Below are positions 11,061 to 20,400 of a stretch of 64,000 nt of DNA, piece by piece. The notes under the pieces were generated by a model. That model saw only the letters and a program-made list of their open reading frames with translations, did not search any database and was not told where the DNA came from. The stretch lies in assembly GCA_030324005.1 (NCBI GenBank), contig JARDVH010000106.1:59270763-59334762 (forward strand), read 5' to 3'. Source of the stretch: Negaprion brevirostris. Its lineage: Eukaryota. Each line of letters opens with the position of its first letter. Positions within the stretch are counted from its first letter, which is position 1. The translations under genes were made by a program, and so were the position numbers.

Positions 11061-11556
11061 GTTATCCTCAAGAAGTCCTAGATCCTCTCGATGCACTGAA
11101 ACCACTTTATTGTTGGATATCTCAGCCGTTTGCAATCATGTCTACTTGGTTGGAGGCGGGGGTGGGTGCGGAAGCGGGCTGGGGTTCTCTTATCGCTTGC
11201 CCTTGAGACAGCTCATCTCACTGCAGCCCTTCAAATCCCACATCAGCATAAACAGGTAAGAGTGACAGACCTGGTGGTGCATGAGAAGCTGCACCAGATC
11301 TCCTCTCCATTCCAGCGCTTGGGTTACCTAACCTCAGAACCCAAGTGCTGAGGAGGTTTTCCTCATGTCACGATCACTTCAATTAGAAATTCATCCTTTG
11401 TTGGAATCGATGCATCATTTCACCCTCCCTAACTGAGCAATATGATGTGAGAACAATTAGCATATCTTAATAAGGAAATAGAGTAAAAGATCAGGATGCA
11501 ATTTATCTGAATGGGGCTCAGGTTTGAACAAGAGGTGAGATACATTTATGCAATCA

Positions 11557-11573
11557 TGTGTGTGTGTGTGTGT
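11557..11573. repeat. (TG)8 microsatellite
   Basis: Read directly from the sequence. Confidence 0.9.
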
Positions 11574-14120
11574 AACAGATTGCCTTCCATCATGGCGTAA
11601 TGCAAATCCTATGAGACTATGGGGAGGAATGTTAACGTCCCAGTTATGGGCAGATTTTTACCGCATGGGAAGTAAAATTATGAGAAATCTCAAACCTGAT
11701 CCAAATCCATCCACTTGCAATATTTGAAGAGATGCTTAGTGTTACAAGTCATCCATTTAAAGTAACTAATATACTGCATGCCCCAGATTTGTTTCTCTAT
11801 TCTAGCTTCAATGCTAGCGGGTTGGGTTTCTCAGCCATTCTGAGACTTGGCAGCTAAAGGAAGGAGAGAACGGCCACATGGAAAATGTAAATGTTTTTCT
11901 AGCACTGCTTGTGGATTGGGAGGAGTTGGAAAGTTTCTTGTCAGTCCTTTTCCACCCCACTCACATCCCCACCTCTCCATTTCCTCACCAAACTAACAAT
12001 TTAACTTCCTCAGCAATTGGACTCCCCCACTCCCACTCATCAACACCCTTCCCCCACAACCATCAAAACACACCATAATCATCAGCTCTGCCCTAGCCCT
12101 CTTCTTCTGATCTCCAACCCTCATCTCTCCCTTTATCATTCTCCCTAACTCTTTAAGACATGCTGTCCCTAGAAGCACAGTCCCTCTCTCCCAACCCCTG
12201 ACTTCTACTTCAGGCCTCTTTCTTGCTCTTGGGATGCAGCTCCTTCTGTAACACTCCTTGCTCCACAACAATGAGCGCAGCTTCACCCCACAGACTGTCA
12301 TGGTTCAAGAAGATAGCTCATTACCATCTTGTCAAGGGTAATTAGAGATGGGCAATAAATGCTGGCCTGGCCAGCAACATCCGTACCCCATGAACGAATG
12401 GAGAGAAAAGGGAGCTGAGCTTCCTCGGTTTTTCAGTTAGAGAAATTTTTTAAAAATGATCCTATGTTTGCAATTTTCTAGCCTGTAACTCCGTTGGAAT
12501 CTTCCATCCCATCTGCCAAAGGCAACATCCTGTTGTGGGTTGCCTGGTCATGGGGCAGGCAAGCCATACAAAGTACCTTAGACTTTGGCGGGACTGGAAA
12601 ATCCCACCAGCAGCCAATGTTGAGCCACTTCAGTTACAGGAAAACACAACATGGGGTGGGGGGGGGACTGGAAAATCTCAGCCCACGGCTATCAGGGGAA
12701 ACCCAAAAGCTAGAACTCCTTCCCAGCAAGTAGAAATCCTCTTTCAGTAAATCTCGATGGCTATGATTCAATCTGAATATATTTCATCCAGCAGAGAGTA
12801 GAACATTTTGTTAACATTCCTGTTGAAGATTAATTACATTACAATAACACTTAGTCTGGCAATTTGATTTAACATCTTATAGTGATTTTATTAAACTTCC
12901 ATGTATGTTATTGACTGGTTTCTTGGATATTCACAAAGTAGCTTACTAATATAGAAGACATTTGGTTTAACATTTAAATACTGTGCAAAATTAGAAATAT
13001 AATTCAACTGCTGTGAATGAAATGGATTTTTTATTGTAATTTTAGAAGATAAATTATATTTGGCTTTCCCAGGAGATGAAGCAGGAGAATGAAAAATTTA
13101 CCCATTAACATTTGACATTTGAATGACTATAACACCTTACATTGTCTATCTTAGACTTGTCCAAGCATGGTTCCAATGGAATTCTACAGTTTTGTCACTG
13201 TCATAACTAGTGATTTGGCAAAAGAATAGTTATTGCATTCAAACACCACAAGAATAAATTTTTGTCTTTTTATTCTGCAAGTATCGGTCCACCTTGTTGT
13301 CAATCGAGGGGCATGCACACGATGGGTCGTGCGNNNNNNNNNNNNNNNNNNNNNNNNNNNNNNNNNNNNNNNNNNNNNNNNNNNNNNNNNNNNNNNNNNN
13401 NNNNNNNNNNNNNNNNNNNNNNNNNNNNNNNNNGCATCCACAGTATTTTGATTTTACCTAATCACTGGATTCGTATATAAAAAGGATGTCATTACTAAAA
13501 TCTTATACAAAAAGGGTATGAACAGGATTGTTTTGATGTCAATTGTAATCTGCACTTCACAAATTCAGGCAAAGTATTAAAAACATTTTTGCTGTCACTT
13601 AATTTTTCTTCTTTAGCTGTTTTAATTAATTACAAATTTTGAAAATTCATAATGAAGGTTAGTGTCATTGGACAACGGAACTAAAACTCCCAAGCTGAGA
13701 GAAAAATCTAAAAATATGCAGAATCGTTATCCTCAAACTTGCAGCTTCCAGTAACAATTATTTCAAAATAACCCATGGGTAACTTCTTACAGGCATGGCT
13801 AGAATTTAGTATTGTATTATTATAGGAGGAAATAATTCCAGACAGGATTTGTAACAGGGATTAACTAATTTAGCGGACACTTTCTCTCTCTTTTCTTTAC
13901 TTGTGTATTTATAAAAAGATTTCTGAATAAAAACAACATTTTTCTGATCAGGTCCAATGAGATTAAAATCAGACAAAATAATAAGGAACAGAAGAAAATT
14001 AATATCATAGGTTCTCAAATTACTACTACTGACTTGAATAACAACAAGCTTCAAACTTTTTGTGAACACAATGATCTACAAAAGGAGTTTAATACTAGAT
14101 GGAAAGTAACAAATTTATTT

Positions 14121-14255
14121 GAAGGCAAAATACTGTGGATGCTGGAAACTAAAACAAAAACAGAAAATGCTGGAAAATCTCAGCAGATCTGACAGCAGCT
14201 GTGGAGAGAATAGAGCCAACGTTTTGAGTCTGGATGACTCTTTGTCAGAGCTGGA
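14121..14255 (-). mobile_element. Single-arm family B element with a decayed hammerhead motif
   Basis: Very similar to the left arm of 3518-3753. Minus strand reads AGCT-CTGACAA-A-GAGTC-ATCCA-GACTC-AAA-ACGT-T-GGCT. Confidence 0.7.
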
Positions 14256-14845
14256 ATATTTATTTACATTACCAAAATCTCTTCTGATAAAATTCAGGCA
14301 AAGATTGTTTGAATATTCTTTTCTAAGTTACTGCAACATTATTGTGTAAACAGTCCCAAATTAATTCAAAATTGCTTCATTCAAGCTATTGAAAATACAA
14401 ATGTTTGAAGCACAAAAAAATCATTTTGATATTTGCATTAATTCTGAAAATTGTAAATGCAAAAATAATGTGAATTATCAGTGGGATATAATCTGAATGC
14501 TGCAATATCTGACTAATAACATCAGCTTTCAAACAGTAGAATTTGTAGGAGGCAAATGGCACTTTGTGATGGCAATAACAACTGCACTTTTAAATCTAAA
14601 TAATATTTCCTTTTGGAAAAATGATTATTTAAATACATTCCATTCTATAAACTGTGGAATTCAAGAGGACCCTTAGAGGGCTGCTAGACCATTGCTGGAA
14701 TTTTACTACCTTGCCCTCCCTGGAATCGGGGCAGGTGAGGCTCTGTTGGCCTCAGGCAGGATTTTTCAAGCTTCACACGAGCGAGGTCTAAAATCCTGTC
14801 CCCTGTATTAGAGACCGAAAAGAAACATGGTTGCTGTATTTGTAC

Positions 14846-15781
14846 CTGCCAACTTTCCTTTGAGACAGCACAAACATGTCCATCCTTAGAAGACACAAGG
14901 AAGAGGCAATTCTCTCTGTCAGTTGTAACCATTTTTATATCAGAGGTCTCTTCAAAAGGAAGCTGGCAGACATTCTTGGGGACACAGTTTTCGAACAAAA
15001 CCAGCTGCTTCTTACAAGTGCTTGCTACAACTGTGGTCTTTGGTTGATGATTGAGGTCTTCAATGGGGCAAATAAATACATTTGTAACTACAGAGCTGTA
15101 AGCATGTGGGATGAAATGATGGCTACACAAGTTTTCCTTTTGTAAGGAATAAGTGATAAATTCACTACCCCAGATCAGTTTATCAGCTTGCCAAACAGAG
15201 GTTTCGTCATGTTTTACAAGTCCAACAGTTTTTCTTACACCCAGTATAATGATGTCCTCATAAGAAATCTCTCCAATCCATTTAATTGCAGTAAATGAAG
15301 TGGGAATGTTCAAAATTCCATGAGTTTCAAAAGATACATAATACACTTGGTCACCATAACTCCAGAAAACACAGGGCCCAGGCAACAGGGTCACATTATC
15401 TTTTATTTCATATTCCAGTTCAAAGTCCAAACAGTGCTCAATTTCATTTGAGCTATGCAGCATAAGTAAATTATATCCAAATTTAGAATGAGCCTTTTTA
15501 TGTTTCTTAAGTAAGATACAAGGGGAATTTTGCCCTGTTCTTGAATCAATTGTACAACAACAGGCAATGATTTGCAAGAAGGAACTTTTTTGTTTCAGGT
15601 TGAATCTTCCTGAAAATGTTTGAATGAATTTCCCAGTCTCTGAATCAAATGTCATCCTTTTGAACTGCAGTACTGCATCATTTTTCCCACCAGGGTATTT
15701 TTCCTTGGATACAATAAAAGCAATCACCTCTCCTTTCAAAGTTGTGACATTCACAATCTTTTTAATGGATTCCAGCTCCAT
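14846..15781 (-). CDS. FANCB: FANCB (Fanconi anemia group B) first coding exon, 936 bp / 312 codons
   Basis: The long ORF MELESIKKIV...HFIPHAYSSVVTNV...ASTCKKQLVLFENCVPKNVCQLPFEE...AVSKESWQ resembles the large N-terminal FANCB exon. It ends at the donor CAG|GTACA (14846/14845), phase 0. An upstream acceptor ctccatttcAG (15861/15860) would add ~78 nt of 5'UTR. Confidence 0.93.
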
Positions 15782-15964
15782 TACAAACAGATGACTGCTT
15801 AAACCAGACCTGATTGTTATTCAGAGAATTGTTTCAAATTAAGTGATCCAAACAACACACTGAAATGGAGATTATGCAGAATAAATTAATTGTGAATATT
15901 TTTTCCAAGTTGTTGATGTATATTTCTATGTATTAAGGTCTCACATGACCAAATCATTTCCAAA

Positions 15965-16330
15965 AATACTTCTCCAGCAGAAATAACACATCGTCTCCAA
16001 TTTATGTTTGTTCAGTCTTCACAAGAGCACATCACATCCACTACATTGGGAACCCACTTCAGCAGACTGGATAATGCAACATCAATCAGTGAGGGTCTCT
16101 CTCAGCAGTTAAAATAACACATTGGTTCCATTTGTGGGACCTCATTTCGCCAGACATGAGAGTACACAATATCCATTATGTGGGGATTTCCTTCAGCAGA
16201 CATGATGCTATATCATGTGTGAATCTCCTGCAGCAGGCACAGCAGTATAATCCCTCCAATGCGTGTGGGCTTCATTTTCACCATGATGCAAAATAACATG
16301 CATAACGTGGGATCCTCATTTCAGTCGGTG
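15965..16330. repeat. Degenerate tandem repeat, ~45-60 bp units
   Basis: Recurring tgtggg...ct(c/t)(a)tttcagcagac...a(a)taacac core, about 6-7 copies. Confidence 0.55.
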
Positions 16331-16509
16331 ATATTTCCAAATTGAAAAATTTAGTACGTACGTAACACTCTCGTTGTCTAGAGATACAATTAAAGCACAT
16401 ACTGTTATACATACCACACAATATGTATACTTGGCAGCAATACATATAACACCATCTTGGTTAATCAAAACACCCACACACATTTCCCACATCTGAAACC
16501 TTTCTTTAA

Positions 16510-17468
16510 ACTTCCATTAACTAGAGCCTTCCCTCCCATTAACCAAGAAATTCACTAACCATCTCCATAACCAGAGACCCTCCCTTAGCACCTTCATTAC
16601 CCTGGATCCTCCCCAACGCCCTCTATTAACTGAGACACCCCCACTCCACTCCTCCCTCATCATCCCTATTAACTGGACTCCTCCTCACTGACTCTATTAA
16701 ATGGACCTCTCTTCCTCAGCATTCCCATTAACCAGGTTAGAACATAGAACAGTACAGGCCTTGATGTTGTGCCCAGCTATGTCCAAATCCAAGATCAAGC
16801 TATTCCCTCCCTATAATTCTGGAGTGCTTCATGTGCCTATCCAATAACCGCTTGAAAGTTCATAAAGTGTCCGACTCCACTATCACAGCAGGCAGTACAT
16901 TTCACAACCCAANNNNNNNNNNNNNNNNNNNNNNNNNNNNNNNNNNNNNNNNNNNNNNNNNNNNNNNNNNNNNNNNNNNNNATGCGCTCTAGTAACAGCT
17001 ACATCCACCTGAGGAAATAGTCTCTGCAGGTCCACTCTATCTATCCCTCTCATCATCTTATAAACCTCTATTAAGTCACCTCTCATTCTCCTCCGCTCTA
17101 AAGAGAAAAGCCCCAGCTCCATCAACCTTTCCTCATAAGTCCTACCCTCCAAACCAGGCAGCATCCTGGTAAATCTCCTCTGCATTTTCTCCAATGCTTC
17201 CACATCCTTCTTAAAGTGAGGTGACCAGAACTGAACACAATATTCCAAATGTGGTCTCACCAACATCGGGTATAGTTACAGCATAACTAGAGGGGTTCCT
17301 CGTCCTCACTGTCCCCTTAATTGAGGCCCCTGTCCTTCACGATCCCCATTAACCAGGCCCCTCTCCCTCGTTGTCTCCATTAACGAAGCCCCCTTCCTTC
17401 CCTATTAAGCGAAGCCGCAGTTCCCATTAAACAAGCCCCTCTCCCTCACCGTCCCCATTAACCGGGTC
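16510..17468. repeat. Degenerate ~30 bp C-rich minisatellite (CCCATTAACCAGG..CCCTCTCCCTCAC), split by the CR1 insertion
   Basis: The c(c/t)attaac core recurs about every 30 bp in 16510-16736 and again in 17289-17468. Confidence 0.75.
16737..17288 (-). mobile_element. Relatively young CR1-type LINE 3' fragment
   Basis: Open [38 protein letters not shown]...[19 protein letters not shown] reading frame, with a (TTCTATG)-type tail. Confidence 0.92.
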
Positions 17469-17471
17469 TGT

Positions 17472-17485
17472 GTTTCTATGGAAAC
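17472..17485. promoter_or_regulatory. RFX X-box-like motif GTTTCTATGGAAAC
   Basis: 14-bp near-palindrome matching the X-box consensus (GTTTCCATGGAAAC type), inside the CpG island. Confidence 0.55.
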
Positions 17486-17738
17486 GGCTGTCGCCGCGCG
17501 CCTTGAGGATTCAAACCGAGCGCTCCGCTCGCGCCGCCCAACGAAGGCCGCGGGCCAGGTAACGATGGTAAATCAAATATTAAAAAAAACTTGATAATTA
17601 GATCTAAACGGGGGGAAGAAGGAAAAAAACGCCTCGGAAAGATCGGCGGCGGCGGCGGCGTATTTTTAAATTTTGTGCGAATGAAGATGACCTGCCGAGA
17701 GGAGGTGAGAGGTCAGCCGGGGATGAGAGGTCAGCCGG

Positions 17739-17748
17739 GTCACATGAC
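17739..17748. promoter_or_regulatory. E-box/M-box (MiT-TFE/USF-type) GTCACATGAC
   Basis: Reverse complement is GTCATGTGAC. It sits within the larger near-palindrome CAGCCGG-GTCACATGA-CCGGCTG, about 30 nt before the MOSPD2 ATG. Confidence 0.5.
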
Positions 17749-17778
17749 CGGCTGGCTGTGGCTGCCGCTGAGAGTGTG

Positions 17779-17784
17779 ATGGAG
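17779..17784 (+). CDS. MOSPD2: MOSPD2 coding exon 1 (ATG GAG = ME)
   Basis: Kozak-like gtgATGG followed by a GTAAGA donor, then a 78-bp intron. Phase 0 fits exon 2. Confidence 0.75.
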
Positions 17785-17862
17785 GTAAGAGGCTGGCAGC
17801 TCTGGGGGTGGGGACGGAGACTCAGCAGCTCAGACAATAACCACTCCTCTTATCTTTTGTAG

Positions 17863-17923
17863 GAAAGAGCGAAGTTAATAGACGAGACGAGGCAGCGTTT
17901 TAACAGCGAATATTTACAACAAG
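17863..17923 (+). CDS. MOSPD2: MOSPD2 exon 2, 61 bp: ERAKLIDETRQRFNSEYLQQ
   Basis: Acceptor cttttgtAG, donor AAG|GTACAG. Resembles the MOSPD2 N-terminus (AKLISETRRRF type). Confidence 0.9.
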
Positions 17924-18160
17924 GTACAGTAGCTGCTGCGCTCATGTTGGGAGGGAGTTGCGGGGGGAGGCTCCGGTCGGAGTGGATCATCCAGAGACGG
18001 GGAGGGAGTTTGGTCTGATCCCCTCCCTCCCCGCACACCCTCCAGCTCCAACGCCAACACCAAATTCTCCCTCCCGTCTCTCCCCTCCCCCCTCCGGTCT
18101 CCCCGACCATTCCATCCCGCTGTCCTTCCCCCGGGCTCTGAAGCTATTGTTTGTGGAGAA

Positions 18161-18712
18161 CACAGATCAGAATGACAGAGAAGGGAAGTGAAGAAGTGGA
18201 ACCTGGAAGTGTGGATGAAGCCTTCAGCAGCAAGCAAGGGAAGCAGATAAAGATTGAAGGTGAAGTAGGTGTTCTTGATAACCTTCATCTGAGGTTGAAA
18301 CAGGACAAATATCACTCACTGCCACATTGAGCAAGAGAAAGCAGGTGGGGAGCTGGAAAGAAAAGCAGGCTCAGAATGAAACATCAGTTGACATTGAGCC
18401 AGGGATCTGCCTTGTGGTTATCCCAAACTGGGTATATATAATGGCTTCTACCATTATTTGTTTATGGACTTGTATGATACATAGACTTGTTACATATTCC
18501 ACATCCTAACTCTACATTCCATCCAGCTCCTAGCTGCTTGCTGTTGCACAATGTGGCAGTGAATGATCTCTGTCCTGTTTCAACCTCAGGTGAAGTTTCA
18601 AATTTCATATCCATTATGTCAAGAGCACGTGCTTCCCTTGCCTGCTGCTGAAGGCTTCATCCACACTTCCAGGTTCCACTTCTTCACTTTCCTTCTGTCA
18701 TTCTGACCTGTG
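18161..18712. repeat. Long inverted repeat (fold-back / MITE-like): ~195 bp arms, ~165 bp spacer
   Basis: 18161-18357 is the reverse complement of 18522-18712, e.g. aagtgaagaagtggaacctggaagtgtggatgaagccttcagcagca versus tgctgctgaaggcttcatccacacttccaggttccacttcttcactt. Confidence 0.9.
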
Positions 18713-19209
18713 CCCTGCTTCGGAACTTGTTGCTTGAATTCCGATCGAAATCAAACCCACCTCACATATTCCATCAACTTCTGCTTGCTCTTCGTTCCCC
18801 AAAATATTGATTTGGAAGTCTGTTCATAAATTGGTCAGGGCTTTGTTCTGATACATACAAATTCCAGACGTTCAACTTGCAATCTCCCTCTGAATCTGCA
18901 ATGTTGTGTAGTGTCTTTTAATCTCACACTGCACTTCCTCGGTTATACTTTTGTTTAACTAGATATTGGACAATAATAGCACACTCCAGCTTGTAGATGG
19001 TTGATGCCTGCTTTTGAGTGATTAATGATGTTGAGTCTGAGGAAATATCTAGTCAGGCCTGTCAAAAGCTTTAACTGCCACATGTGATAAATGGCCACCT
19101 GGGCAGATTATTAAATGGTTGTTGGTGCTGTTGGAATGTGGAATAGTATGGTCTTTGAATTCAGTAGTTGATGGGTTGATTTATGGCAAAGAAACTAGGT
19201 ATAGTTTTG

Positions 19210-19560
19210 GGCTGGATCAGAAGGTTGGAGTTCAAGTTTTGTACAAAATCTAGGCTAACATTACGGTGCTGTCGCAAAGGAGTGATTCAGTGGCAAGGGT
19301 ACTGCCCTTTGGATGAGATGATTAAGCTGAGGCCCCATTTGTCAGTTAAGATGAACAGGAAAGATCCCACGGCACTGTTTGAAGAAGAGCTAAGCAGATA
19401 ATCTGATAATTTACCTTTTAATATTGTTTGTGGGGTAGTTGCTGTGTGGTAATTGTTTGCACCTACTATAACCATGATAATTCAAAAGTACTTAATTAAC
19501 AGTAGAGGTGCCTTGGGAGAGACTGAGGTTTTGAAATGTATGTAAATACACATTTCTTTG
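19210..19560 (+). mobile_element. Deu-domain-type SINE (SacSINE-like), decayed
   Basis: aagatcccacggcactgtttgaagaagagc...ttcaaaagtacttaatt...gaggttttgaaa core. Confidence 0.6.
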
Positions 19561-20014
19561 TTCAATTCGGAGGCTATTGAGATTATGGCTAAGAGATGGT
19601 CTTTTTCACAGGTTGCTTTTTAATTTTTTTTCTAGGGAGAATTTAGCAGAAAAACTACATTTGACAGTTGTATTTTTATAAAATGCTAATAAATGAGGTT
19701 TTGAAGTTGTTTTTCTGTGAACTATAGATAAGCAAAACAACTCCCAGCTGTTAATAAGGCTCTGGTCCTGGGTGCTTAATGGCATGTTTATTATAGATTT
19801 TTTCCCCTAGTTGTGAACATGAAAATGGGGGTGTGTACGCACAAGAAGTCAGGCCTAGTAAATGCTACCTGCTTTTTACCTGCTTTTTCAAATACATTTG
19901 AGGGCAAACTTTTGCATGGCTCGAGTTTAACTCACAGGAAACTATATTATTGTTTTGTTTTAATCAGGATAAATTATCAATCAAAAAGTGGAAGCTTCAT
20001 ATTATTAGATTTAA

Positions 20015-20400
20015 GAAAAACTTGCATTTATGTGACACCTTTCACAACCTCGGCATCCCAAAATGCTTTACAACTGATGAAGTGTAGTCGCTGGTCTAAA
20101 ATATGACACAGTAACTAATTGTACACAGCAAGCTCACAAACATCAATGGCTACATAATCTGTTTTGTTTTGCAATGTTGATTTGAAGAATATATGTTGGT
20201 TAGGACCCCGGGGAAAACTCTCTTGCTGTTCTTCAATATAGTGCCATGGGATCTTTTACACCCACTTGAGAGGGCAGATGAGATTTTGATTTGCAATTCC
20301 CCTCAGTACTGTACCAGTTACTCTTTTTTTCTTGTTTTCAAGTCTCTGGAGTGAGTCTTGAACCCAGAACCTCCTGACTCTGCCACCAACCAACTCGATA
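20015..20400 (-). mobile_element. Deu-domain-type SINE (SacSINE-like), decayed
   Basis: Reverse complement of the same core (gtgccatgggatcttttaca; cttgcattta tail). Confidence 0.65.

Larger units (their letters stand above)
17400..18140. promoter_or_regulatory. CpG island / bidirectional promoter shared by FANCB (-) and MOSPD2 (+)
   Basis: Sharp local rise in GC and CpG content (gccgcgcgcc, gcgccgccca, ggcggcggcggcg) between the two divergent genes. Confidence 0.85.

Noticed and set aside
13141-13290. Exon-like segment with a minus-strand GTAAGG donor
   Set aside because: No FANCB-like translation. The next true exon (6415-6570) already joins in phase.
14684-14845. C-terminal 53 aa of the 365-aa minus-strand ORF
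   Set aside because: Read-through past the FANCB donor at 14845 into intronic, partly MITE-like sequence. Not part of the protein.
16510-17468. Regularly spaced repeats suggestive of a CRISPR array
   Set aside because: Eukaryotic context, degenerate units without unique spacers, and no cas genes. It is a minisatellite.
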